64,000 nucleotides of DNA from an uncultured Actinomycetota bacterium. GTDB taxonomy: Bacteria > Actinomycetota > Actinomycetes > Propionibacteriales > Nocardioidaceae. Shown one piece after another: positions 53,968-64,000 of the stretch. The position numbers and the translations under genes are program-made. The notes beneath the pieces were generated by a model. The model ran no database searches, was not told the origin of the DNA, and saw nothing but the letters and a program-made list of their open reading frames with translations. Within the stretch, counting starts at the first letter, position 1; the number at the start of each line of letters is the position of its first letter. Where the stretch lies: NCBI GenBank assembly GCA_963721775.1, contig CAVRMH010000038.1:27707-91706 (forward strand). The letters are read 5' to 3'.

Positions 53968-54943
53968 GTGACCGGCCGGCTCGAGGTGCTGGCACCCGAC
54001 GGCGTGCCCGAGGTCGTCCCCGGCGACGACCTCGCCGCACTGGTCCTGCGGCACTGCGACCTCGCCGACGGCGACATCGTCGCGGTCACCAGCAAGGTGG
54101 TGAGCAAGGCCGAGGGCCGGATCGGGTACGGCGACCGCGCCGACGCGCTGGCCGCCGAGACCGACCGCGTCGTCGCCCGTCGCGGGCCGACCACGATCGT
54201 CCGCACGCACCACGGCCTGACCCTGGCCGCGGCCGGGATCGACGCCTCCAACGTCCGGACCGGCAGCTACGTGCTCCTTCCCGGAGGACCCCGACGCCTC
54301 GGCCCGGGCGCTGCGCGAGGCGATCGGAGCGGACGGCGGACCGGTCGTCGGGGTGCTGGTCACCGACACCGCCGGCCGCGCCTGGCGCACCGGGCAGACC
54401 GACATCGCTGTCGGCGCCGCCGGTCTGGTCGTCGCCGAGTCCTTCGCGGGCCGCCACGACGCGCACGGCAACCCGCTGGTGGTGACCGAGCCCGCGGTCG
54501 CCGACGAGCTCGCCTCGGCAGCGGAGCTGGCCAGCGGCAAGCTCGGCGGCCGGCCGTTCCGGGTGCTGCGCGGCCGCTCCGACCTGGTGCTCCCGCGCGG
54601 CGACGACGGCCCCGGCGCCGCCGCGCTGGTGCGGCCCGAGACCGACGACATGTTCGGGTACGGCGCCCGCGAGGCCGTCCTGCGCGCGCTCACCGGCACC
54701 GGGCTGCGCGGCTTCGGGGCACCGGCGACCGCCGCCGACTTCGCGGAGGCGCTCGCACAGTTGCTGGACTCGGTGGACGTGTCCGTCGCACCCGACGGCG
54801 TACGCAGCTCCCTCTCGGCTCCGTTCGAGGCCGTGGCGAGGGCGGCCGACATCCTGGCTTTCGCCCACGGCTGGCAGCTCGACGTCGAGGTCGTCGACGG
54901 CGGAGGGACGGCCCGACTCCGGTTTCGGCCGTCCAGTCCGTAG
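53968..54943 (+). CDS. cofE: Coenzyme F420-0:L-glutamate ligase; frameshift near 54280
   Basis: PEVVPGDDL, TSKVVSKAEG, AAAGIDASN, TDTAGRAWR.GQTD, ADELA. Confidence 0.92.
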
Positions 54944-55012
54944 ACTCTGCCCCCGAATGCCCTCCGGGGTGCTCCCGCATGCCCGTCCACCCGTGAGAGA
55001 AGCCTGAGTTTC

Positions 55013-55757
55013 GTGGCCAAGCCGAACAAGACCAGCCGGCGCGACGTCGTCGACCAGATCCGCAGCCAGCAGAAGCGCGCCGACAAGCGCCAGGGAGCCG
55101 TCATCGTCGGTGTGTGCGTGCTGGTCGCGCTGCTCATCGTCGGCATCGCGGCGTTCCGTCCGATCAAGGACTGGTGGGACCTGCGGGAGTACAACAACCT
55201 CGGCCTCGCGGACGTCGGTGCCCCGGCCAGCGTCTGCCAGGACGTCACCACGAAGAAGGCGAGCGGCACCCAGCAGCACGTGCAGGCGGGCACGAACGTG
55301 GACTACAAGGACGCCCCGCCTGCCTTCGGCGAGCACGAGGAGTACCCCGACTCGATGGAGCGCAAGCTCTACACCGAGGAGGACCGCCCGCGGGTGGAGA
55401 TGCTGGTGCACAACCTCGAGCACGGCTACACCATCCTCTGGTACGACCAGACCATCGCCGACGACAACGACCAGATGACCCAGCTCAAGGCGATCGCGAC
55501 CAAGCTCAAGGGCACCGACAACTACCGCAAGAAGTTCAAGGCGGTGCCGTGGACCAGCAAGGACGGCAAGGCCTTCCCCGACGGCCAGCACATCGCGTTC
55601 ACGCACTGGTCCAAGGGCGGCCAGGACGCCTCGGCCCAGGACACCTCGAAGCAGGTCGGCGCCTGGCAGTACTGCTCCGACGGTCTCGGGCGAGGCGCTG
55701 TTCGACTTCATGAAGAAGTACCCCTACCTCGACTCCCCCGAGCCCTCGGCCCAGTAG
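55013..55757 (+). CDS. DUF3105 domain membrane-anchored protein; frameshift near 55680
   Basis: TM; H....VDY..PPAFGEH; VHNLEHGYTILWYD; DSPEP terminus. Confidence 0.82.
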
Positions 55758-55790
55758 TCGACAGCCCAGTAGTCGACAGCCCAGTAGTCG
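55749..55790 (+). repeat. 15-bp tandem repeat GCCCAGTAGTCGACA x2.8, spanning the DUF3105 stop codon
   Basis: Units at 55749, 55764 and 55779. Confidence 0.9.
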
Positions 55791-56867
55791 CTAGCCGGTG
55801 ACGCGGGCGGCGCACTCGATGCGCTCGCCCGCGGTCACGGTCACGCCCGCGGCGACCTCGGCGTCGTCGCCGAGCGTCACGCGGACCAGCACCGCCCCGG
55901 CGCCGACCACGGCCCCCGGCCCGACCGCTGAGTCGGTCACCCGGGCACCCTTCTCGACGCGGGCGCCGGTCATCAGCACCGATCCGGTCACCTGCGCGCC
56001 GGCGGCCACGTGCACGTCCGCCATCACCAGGCTGCCGCCGCCGACGTCGCCGTACACCTCGGCCGAGGCGTGGACGCGGGCCGGCGGTGCGGCCGCCACG
56101 GCGGGCGTCGGGGCCACCCCGAGCACCACGTCGCGGGATGCCGCCACCAGGGCCTCGGGGGTGCCCACGTCGCGCCAGTACGCCGACTCGACGAAGCCGA
56201 CGACCAGCCGCCCGTCGGCCACCAGGCCGGGGAACGTCTGCCGCTCGACCGAGACCACCTCACCGGCCGGGATGGTGTCGATGACGTCGCGGCGGAAGAC
56301 GTAGCAGCCGGCGTTGATCTGGTTCGTCACCGGGTTCTCGGACTTCTCCACGAAGTCGAGGACACGCCCGACCTCGTCGGTGGGCACGCAGCCGAACGGG
56401 CGCGCGTCCTCGACGGTGACCAGGTGTAGCGAGACGTCGACCCGCTGCCCCTCGCGGTCGGTGCGGAAGTCGGCCAGCTGGCCGGGCAGGTCGTGGCCCG
56501 AGAGCACGTCGCCGTTGAGGATGACGACGGCGCCGTCCGGGTCGTCGCTGAGCACCCCGGCCACGTTGCGGATCGCTCCGCCGGTGCCGAGCGGCTCCTC
56601 CTCCATCACGTAGTCCAGCCGGACTCCCCAGCGGCTGCCGTCGCCGAGCACCGGCGCGAACTTGTCCGCGTGGTACGACGTGGCCAGCACGACGTGGTCG
56701 ACACCGGCCTCGGCCAGCCGGGCGATCTGGTGCTCGAGGAACGGCACGCCCCCGACGTCGAGCAGGTGCTTGGGCCGGCGCTCGGTCAGCGGCAACAGGC
56801 GCGTGCCGAAGCCACCGGCGACGATCACGGCCTCGACGCGGCCCCCGGGGGCGGAAGTCTGGGTCAT
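55791..56867 (-). CDS. Mannose-1-phosphate guanylyltransferase / NDP-sugar synthase
   Basis: AGGFGTRLLPLT..PK, EPLGTGG, LNGD, EK, INAGCYVF, WRDVGTP; left-handed beta-helix tail. Confidence 0.92.
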   Translation of the reverse strand: MTQTSAPGGRVEAVIVAGGFGTRLLPLTERRPKHLLDVGGVPFLEHQIARLAEAGVDHVVLATSYHADKFAPVLGDGSRWGVRLDYVMEEEPLGTGGAIRNVAGVLSDDPDGAVVILNGDVLSGHDLPGQLADFRTDREGQRVDVSLHLVTVEDARPFGCVPTDEVGRVLDFVEKSENPVTNQINAGCYVFRRDVIDTIPAGEVVSVERQTFPGLVADGRLVVGFVESAYWRDVGTPEALVAASRDVVLGVAPTPAVAAAPPARVHASAEVYGDVGGGSLVMADVHVAAGAQVTGSVLMTGARVEKGARVTDSAVGPGAVVGAGAVLVRVTLGDDAEVAAGVTVTAGERIECAARVTG

Positions 56868-56890
56868 GCGCCAGATCCTAGGGTTGTCGC

Positions 56891-57619
56891 ATGGCCACGA
56901 CCTTCCCCGCCCTGCTCGCCACGCTGCTCCGGGCCGACCCGGGACGTCCGCTGGTCACCTTCTACGACGACGCCACCGGCGAACGCGTCGAGCTGTCGGT
57001 GGCGACGTACGCCAACTGGGTCGCGAAGACGTCCTCGCTGTTCGTCGAGGAGCTCGACCTCGGCCGCGGCGACCGGATCCTCGTCGACCTGCCGGCGCAC
57101 TGGCTCACGCCGGTCTTCCTCGGCGCCGCCTGGAACGTCGGGCTCGTGGTGGTGCCGCCCGGCGCGGAGGCGGACGCGGTCGTGTGCGGGCCCGAGGGCC
57201 TCGAGGAGTACGCCGACCGCGCGGGCGCGCTGCCCGTGGTCGCCTGCGCGCTGAAGCCGCTGGGGGTGCGCTTCTCCGAGGCGCTCCCGTCCGACGTGCA
57301 CGACTTCGGCATCGAGGTCTGGTCGCAGCCGGACGCGTTCCTGCCCTACGACCCGCCGGCCGGGGACGACGAGGCACTGCCGGGCACGGACCAGGCCACC
57401 CTGCTGGCACCCGACGAGGCGGCGCTGCCGCTGGCCGACGGCGACCGGCTGCTCACCACCGCGAACCCCGCCGGCCCCGAGGGACCCGCGTCGTTCGTCC
57501 AGCCCCTGGTGCGCGGCGGCTCGGTGGTGTGGGTGCGGCACGCCGACCCGGCGTCGTGGCAGCGGCGCCACGACGACGAGCGGGCGACCGCCGTCCTGGG
57601 TCAGCCGGCCAGGTCGTAG
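56891..57619 (+). CDS. TIGR03089 family protein
   Basis: P.RPLVTFYDDATGERVELS..T.ANWVAKT, LPAHW. Confidence 0.88.
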   Translation: MATTFPALLATLLRADPGRPLVTFYDDATGERVELSVATYANWVAKTSSLFVEELDLGRGDRILVDLPAHWLTPVFLGAAWNVGLVVVPPGAEADAVVCGPEGLEEYADRAGALPVVACALKPLGVRFSEALPSDVHDFGIEVWSQPDAFLPYDPPAGDDEALPGTDQATLLAPDEAALPLADGDRLLTTANPAGPEGPASFVQPLVRGGSVVWVRHADPASWQRRHDDERATAVLGQPARS

Positions 57620-60475
57620 CCCGAGAAGCCCTCGGCGAGGAACTTCCGGGCACCGACGCCGCTCGCCTTCCCGGGCAGCAGCCAGAGGTACCCGGTCGCC
57701 TTCTCCCGGACCACGAGGTCGGCGTGGCCGTCGCGGTCCACGTCGCCGGCGCTGAGCACCCAGTCGTAGCCCGTCAGGCTGGAGGTCACCGTGGTCGGCG
57801 AGCCGGTGAGCCCGCCCGGGCCGTTGCCGCGGTAGAGCCGCAGCGAGTCGCCGACGCGGAACAGGTTGTCCGGGGCGCCGTCGCCGTCCCAGCGACCCGC
57901 GCCGAGCTGGCGCGAGGCGCTCACCGCGCCGTGCGCGACGTAGCTGGGCCGGAAGCCCTTGAGGCCGTTGCCGGGGTAGATGCGCAGGGCGCCGCCGCTC
58001 GGCTGGCCCATCAGGTCGGGGTAGCCGTCGCCGGTGGTGTCACCGACCGCGCTGAGCATCGAGATCCCCGCGAAGCCGGTGTGCAGCACGACCGGCGCGG
58101 CCAGCTTGCCGCCGGCCAGGCCGCGGCGCAGCTCCAGGGTGCCGGTCCCCTTGGGCCGGGTGATCACGTCGCCGTAGCCGTCGCGGTCCCAGTCACCGAC
58201 GTTGAGGACGAGGTTGGCGTTGGCGAACGCCTTGCCGACGCTCACCACCGGACGCGTGTGCTGGGTGCCGTGGTGGGCCACGACGTACAGCCGGTCGCCC
58301 TTGACGCCGACCAGGTCCGGGGCCGCCGTACCGATCACGTTGCTGCTGCTCAGCGACGTCAGGCCGGAGACCCGGCCGAAGCGGCCGAGCCAGTGCCCGA
58401 CGGTCCCGTTGCCCTTGCCCGGGTAGACGTAGGCGAGCCCGGTGGACTTCGACCGTGCGTAGAGGTCGGCCTTGCCGTCGGCGGTGTAGTCGCCGAACCC
58501 GGTGATCACGTCGAAGCCGCCCCACGAGCCGGCCATGCGCACCGGGGCGCCCAGGGCCAGCCGCCCGGTCCCGGCGTGGAACCAGAGGGCACCGGCCTTG
58601 TCGCGGGAGACCACGTCGACCTTGCCGTCGCCGTTCAGGTCGCCGCTGGCCACGGTCATGTCGTACGTCGCCCAGCGGGTGCTCAGGACGTGCTTGGCGA
58701 AGGTGCCGTGGCCGGTGCCGGCCAGGAGCAGCAGCCGTCCGTTGGCGGGGTTGCGGGCGACGAGGTCGTTGCGGCCGTCGGCGTTCAGGTCGCCGACCGC
58801 GGTGAACTGGTCGAGCCCGGCGTAGGTCGAGGTGACGCCGACGGTGCGGGAGAAGTCGCCCGTGCCGGTGCCGGGACGGGTGCCCGCACTGCCGGCCTTG
58901 TTGCGGACGAAGACGTCGGCCTTGCCGTCGCCGGTGAGGTCGGGGCTGGCGAGGACGGTGTCGTAGCCGCCCCACCCGGTCGACGGCGCGAGCCGGGCCG
59001 GGTTGAAGCGCATCATCCCGCCGGTGGGCAGCACGAACCCGGCGCCGTCGCTGGTGCGGCGCAGCATGATGTCGGGGTAGCCGGAGCCGATCACGTCGGT
59101 GGTGCGGTCACGACCGCTCCAGTCGGCCTGGTACTGCGCCGCCAGGGTGCGGATCTGCGGGATCTTGGCGTAGAGGTAGCGGCCGGGGCAGGCGGTCGAG
59201 CCGGCGTCGCGGTGTCCGTTGATCGCCTTGAAGTACTTCGAGCCGACCTTCTGGCTGGTGTCGGACGCGGAGACGCCGTGCAGCGAGAGCTTCCAGGCGA
59301 AGAGACGGCCGTACGCCGTGAGCATCGCCGAGGTGGGCTGGGCGGTCTCGAAGTTGCCGATCGCCGACATCGCGAAGGAGTAGTCGTTGTAGCCGAGCGT
59401 GTGGGCACCGACCACGGGACGGTCGACGCCGCCGTACCGGCCCTCCCAGATCCGGCCGAACCGGTCGACGAGGAAGTTGTAGCCGATGTCGCTCCAGCCC
59501 TTGGACTGGGTGTGGTACGCGTAGATGCTGCGGATGATGCCGGGCACCTGGTCGCGCGTGTAGTTGTTGGCGTTCACCGTGTGGTGGACGAAGCCGGCGT
59601 GCACCTCGTAGTAGTGCAGCGAGGACTTGTCCCGCATCTTCTCGTTGGCACCCCACTGGGCCCGGGAGTAGATCTGCGGCTTCGGGGTGTAGCTGCCGGC
59701 CTGCAGCGCGATGTCGCCGTCGCTGGACTCCAGCGCCTGCGTCGGCGGTCTCCTCGCTGACGGTGTCGTCGGACTGGTTGAGCTTGGCGGAGTCGAGCTT
59801 GGAGGTGTCGATCGCCGGCTCCTCCAGGTCCGTGTCCTTGCTGTCGCCCGGCTCCACGACCGACATGGTGACGTCGGCGGGGATCTCGCCGTACGTCGTC
59901 ACGGCCTTGGCCTGCACCTCGTCGACGTCGCCGACCAGCAGCGGGTCGGTGCCGGGGCGCGCGTGCTTGCCCTCGGCGCTGCTCGGGGTCGGGAGCGTGC
60001 TCCTCGTGGTACTGGATCGGGGTCCATCCCGACCAGGTGCCGTCGGTGCGGGTGCGGACCATGACCTTGATCTGGTCGTCGGCCAGCTTGCTGCCGTGGC
60101 TCCACGTGACGCCGACCGCGGTGTAGCCCGACACCTTCTCGGGCTTGCTCACGATCTCGGTCCGCTGGTGGTCGCCGGACTGGCGTCGGCCGGCTGGTCC
60201 GCGGCCGGCTGCATCGGCACTTCCTCGACGGTCGGCTCGACCGGCGCGGTCTCGACCCGGGACTCCTCGTGGTCGGAGGGAACCGGCGTGCCGGGAGCGC
60301 TCAGCTGGCGGCCGTCACGGGGCGCGGTCGGGACCGCCTCCACCGGGGTGCCGGGGCTGGTGCCGACCACGTCGAGGGAGATGACGTTGGCGGCAGGGGC
60401 GAGCACGGCAAGGACGGCACCGAGGGCCAGGCTCTGCTGGCAGGCGGTGACGAAGCGGGCCTTGTTGCGGCGCAT
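57601..60475 (-). CDS. Secreted N-acetylmuramoyl-L-alanine amidase (Amidase_2/PGRP-like) with FG-GAP/VCBS repeats; frameshifts
   Basis: Signal peptide; IYSRAQWGA, FVHHT, GWSDIGYNFLVDRFG.IWEGR, GAHT, GHRD..TACPG; repeated GDLNGDGKVD. Confidence 0.9.
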
Positions 60476-60638
60476 TCTCGGCTACTCCAGTGCGGGGGAA
60501 GTTTCACACGAGTAGCAAGTTTCACACCAGTCACAGGGGTACCCGCAACCGTTTCTGAGTAACTACAAACTTGTAATTTCCAGTCGACACGCCGGTTGAT
60601 CTGCAATTTGTCAAGTCGACGCGAGGTCCGCGGGTCCC

Positions 60639-61432
60639 TCAGACGTCGGCGCCGAGCGAGTCCTCGACCTGGTGCTCCTCCTCGGTCTCGTCGGGTCGTC
60701 GTACTGGAGGTAGCGGATCCCGTCGTCGACGGGGCCGTCGTAGCCGAGCGCGGCCGCTTCTCGAGGACGATCACCCGGTCGCACATGCTGCGTACCGACG
60801 CGGCCGCGTGGCTGACGTAGAAGAGCGTCCGGCCCTCGTCGCGGATCTCCTGCATCTTGCTCCATGCACTTCTTCTTGAACGGCTTGTCGCCGACGGCCA
60901 GCACCTCGTCGGCCAGGAAGATGTCGGAGTCGACGTGGATGGCGACCGCGAAGCCCAGCCGGGCGAACTGGCCGGAGCTGTAGTGGCCCACCTGGCTGTC
61001 GAGGTGCTTGCCGATGTCCGCGAACTCGACGATGTCGTCGAAGCTTGCCGGTTGGTCTCGGCCTCGCTCATCCCGAGCATCGCGGCGTTGAGGAAGATGT
61101 TGTCCCGCCCGCGTCAGCTGGGGGTGGAAGCCGGCACCGGTCGCGATCAGCCCGGCGATCCGGCCCCGGGTGAGCACGCTGCCCCCGTCGGGACGCATGA
61201 TCCCGTTGATGAGCTTGAGCAGGGTGCGACTTGCCGGACCCGTTGAGCCCCATGAGGCCGACGGACTCGCCCTGCTCGACGCGTGAAGGTGACGTCCTCG
61301 AGGGCCAGGAACGACTGCCCGCAGGTCCTCGCTGCCGGCGTGCAGCGCCACGGTCATCTGCTTGAGCGTGCGGTGGTGACTGGAGCGTGAACCCTTCGCA
61401 CGTTGTCCACCACGATCGAGTGCGGGAGCCAT
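60639..61432 (-). CDS. wzt: Polysaccharide ABC exporter ATP-binding subunit (Wzt/RfbE-like); many frameshifts
   Basis: GLNGSGKS, AGFHPQLT, YSSGQFARLGFAVA, LADEVLAVGD, VSH. Confidence 0.82.
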
Positions 61433-62415
61433 CAGAGGCGCTCCGGGATCTTGTTCTCGAGTCGGGCGAAGACGAGCTGCGCGATCACCAGCAGCACCGG
61501 CACAGCACCAGGGCGATGCCGCCCCGGGCGAAGAGGTCGGAGGGCATGTTGGTGGCCGTGGTCAGGACCGGGTTGTCGGTGGTGCCCACCCAGAAGCACC
61601 GCTGCAACAGGAGCACGGCGACCGCGAGCGGGTTGCCAGAGGTAGAGCACGGCGTACTCACCGAACCGCTACGTCGACGAGCGTGTAGGGGTAGATCATC
61701 GGCACGCTGAAGCGTCACGAATTGGTCAGCGATCGAGACGACTTGCTGAAGTCGCGGAAGAACACGTTGGCCGCGCTGAACAGCAGCGCCACGCGGTGCC
61801 GAGCACCACGACAGAGTGAACAGGCCGAGGAGCACCGGCGGCGACGCCCGACCGGGTCGGGGGCCCAGCCGAGCAGCACGCAGAGCCACCGAGCAGCACC
61901 ACGATCCGCGGGATCACGTGGATAGCGCGGACACCAGCATCGAGGCGACGGGGAACATCTCGCGTGGCATCGCCATCTTGCTGCACCAGCGCCTTGTTCC
62001 GGACGATCGAGCGGGTGCCGGCGTCTGAAGGTCTCGGTGAAGTAGTGCACGATCACCAGACGCGGCGAACAGGTGGATCGCGAAGTTCTCGACCCGGTCC
62101 GCCAGCCGAGGATCTTGCCGATGACGAAGCAGTAGATCGCCAGCTCGCGAGCGCGGCTGGATGTAGGACCAGACAGAGCCCAGGAACGAGCCCTGGTAGC
62201 GGGCCGAGATCTCCCGGCGTGACCAGCAGCCGGAGCAGGTAGCGGCGGCGGAACACCTCGAACAGCCCGCTGGTGCGCCGACGGCGACGCCAGCGGCGCG
62301 TCGACGTGGCGCACGGCCCGGGTGGCGGTCGGGGTTGCGGCCGGGCTGGTTGCCGGTCGTGGTGCCGGCCGCGGTGGTGACCGAGTGGCGGCGGAGTCGT
62401 GGCGTCGGTCGTCAC
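61432..62415 (-). CDS. wzm: Polysaccharide ABC exporter permease (Wzm/RfbD-like); many frameshifts
   Basis: RRRYLLRLLV, RYQGSFLG, ANVFFRDF, PMIYP, NPLA, QRCFW, FARLE..IPERL. Confidence 0.78.
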
Positions 62416-64000
62416 GCGTCGCTCCCGGCGCCGATGCCGAAGGTCTCGGCCCAGGCGTCCTCGGAGGTGATCGTGCCCAGCTGGCTGCGGTAGCGCTCGG
62501 CCAGCTCCGGCCACTCGCGGTGCAGCTGCTGGTGGATCTCGAGCGTGCGCTTCATCAGGTCGCGGAAGCGCTGGGGGTCACGCTGGTAGAGCGCGGCCGA
62601 CGTACCGTCGGGCATCGAGACCACGGCGGAGTCGTAGCGGGCCAGGCGGTACCACTTGGCGTCCATCGCCAGCACCTCCGCCTCGGGGTACTCGCGGGAG
62701 AGATCGCGCGTGGGGCGCAGCTGCCGGATCGGGGCCAGTCCGGCGGTGACCAGCTGGGAGAGCCGGCTGGGGACCTCGGTGCCGTCCTTGCCCTTGCGCG
62801 GTGGCTTCTTGCGCCGCACGGGCGGGAACGCGTCCGGGTCGGCCTGCAGCTGGGCGTCGGTGAACGGCTTCACGAACTCGCGGACCTCGCTGAGCTTGGT
62901 CGGGAGGTCGCCGTGCAGCGCCTCGGGACCGCGCAGGACGTCCTCGAGCGCCTTGTGCCGCAGCTCGACCGTGGAGTACTGCATGGAGACGAGGTGCTTG
63001 ACCTGGTGGTTCAGGCTCTCGCGCATCATCCGGCCGCCGCGTTCGTACGGCGAGTGCAGCAGCGCCGCGACGAAGCGGTTGCGCTGGTGGAAGTAGGACT
63101 GCCAGTCGAGCGCGTCGTTCTTGTCGGTCCACGGCACGTGCCAGACCGCGGCACCCGGGAACGTCACGGTCGGGTAGCCGGCGGCCTTCGCCCGGACCCC
63201 GAACTCGGAGTCGTCCCACTTGATGAACAGCGGCAGCGACAGGCCGACCTCGCGCAGGACCTGCGTCGGGATCAGGCACATGAACCAGCCGTTGAAGTCG
63301 ACGTCGACGCGGCGGTGCAGCCAGCGGGTGGAGCGCAGGTTGCGGGCGCCGAAGTCCCAGTCGTTGTGCACGCTCGGCGGGGACATCCACCAGAAGCGGT
63401 ACGGCTGGATGATCTCGCCGTAGCTGTGCAGCCGCGAGCGGGAGTAGAGGCTGAACATGTGGCCGCCGACGATGGTGGGGCGGCGCGCGAGGTCACCGAA
63501 CGTGACCGCCCGGATGATCCCCTCCGGCTCGCACACGACGTCGTCGTCCATGCACATGAAGTACGTCGCGGTGCCGCGGCGTACGGTCTCGAGCTGGCCC
63601 CGGGCGTAGCCGCCGGACCCGCCGAGGTTGCCCTGCTCGACGATCCGCAGCCGGTCGCCGAGCGCGGCCTGGGCCTTGGCGAACTCCGGGGAGTCGGTGA
63701 CCTTCTGGGTGCCCTGCTCGGCCACGAAGACCTCGTCCAGGAACGGCTGGAGGTCCTCGTCCTCGCCGATCTGGGTGAGCAGCTTGGCGCAGAAGTCGGG
63801 GCGGTTCATGGTCGTGATGCCGACCGTCGTGGTGCCGTTGGCGGCGCGGTCCTCGGGGACCTGCGCGGTCCACTCGGCGCCCTCGACGATCGCGGGCTCG
63901 TCACCGGCGACCACGTCGAACCAGTACCAGCCGCCGTCGGCGAACGGCTTGAGCGGCAGCTCGAACGTGAACGTGCCGCGACCGCCCTCGTCGGTGGCGC
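62412..64000 (-). CDS. GlfT2-like galactofuranosyltransferase (GT2), 5' end outside window
   Basis: GGWYWFD, GITTMNRP, NLGGSGGYARG, MDDD, VDFNGWFMCLIP, FIKWDDSE, WQSYFHQRNR. Confidence 0.88.
   Translation of the reverse strand, partial: ATDEGGRGTFTFELPLKPFADGGWYWFDVVAGDEPAIVEGAEWTAQVPEDRAANGTTTVGITTMNRPDFCAKLLTQIGEDEDLQPFLDEVFVAEQGTQKVTDSPEFAKAQAALGDRLRIVEQGNLGGSGGYARGQLETVRRGTATYFMCMDDDVVCEPEGIIRAVTFGDLARRPTIVGGHMFSLYSRSRLHSYGEIIQPYRFWWMSPPSVHNDWDFGARNLRSTRWLHRRVDVDFNGWFMCLIPTQVLREVGLSLPLFIKWDDSEFGVRAKAAGYPTVTFPGAAVWHVPWTDKNDALDWQSYFHQRNRFVAALLHSPYERGGRMMRESLNHQVKHLVSMQYSTVELRHKALEDVLRGPEALHGDLPTKLSEVREFVKPFTDAQLQADPDAFPPVRRKKPPRKGKDGTEVPSRLSQLVTAGLAPIRQLRPTRDLSREYPEAEVLAMDAKWYRLARYDSAVVSMPDGTSAALYQRDPQRFRDLMKRTLEIHQQLHREWPELAERYRSQLGTITSEDAWAETFGIGAGSDA

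Overview
High-GC actinobacterial chromosomal DNA, most like Nocardioides (inferred from gene content and order: whiB-cofD-cofE-DUF3105-manC-TIGR03089, large NAD-GDH, split LigD/Ku). It holds about 58 protein-coding genes. I saw no rRNA, tRNA, CRISPR array, transposase or integrase. Most genes carry one or more single-base frameshifts, most likely long-read or assembly indels, so gene models were stitched across frames and their boundaries are approximate. The recognisable modules are: a REC-thioredoxin-reductase plus cNMP-histidine kinase pair; adhP; an NHEJ locus interrupted by an FMO/BASS/SDR cassette; an ars operon; a MatC-like carrier/CoA-transferase/carboxyltransferase operon; gdh, kynA and pruA; F420 genes; and a Wzm/Wzt/GlfT2 cell-wall locus. 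The strongest leads are: (1) a co-oriented module of a multi-hairpin leader, a SipW-like peptidase lacking its catalytic residues, an intact response regulator and a histidine kinase that has lost its ATP-binding boxes (12.3-15.1 kb); (2) a family of 22-bp-period intergenic arrays with a shared end placed just after TGA stop codons (22.1, 25.5 and 48.1 kb); (3) a possible biotin-independent malonate/dicarboxylate catabolic operon. All calls come from reading motifs by eye; no database searches were run.
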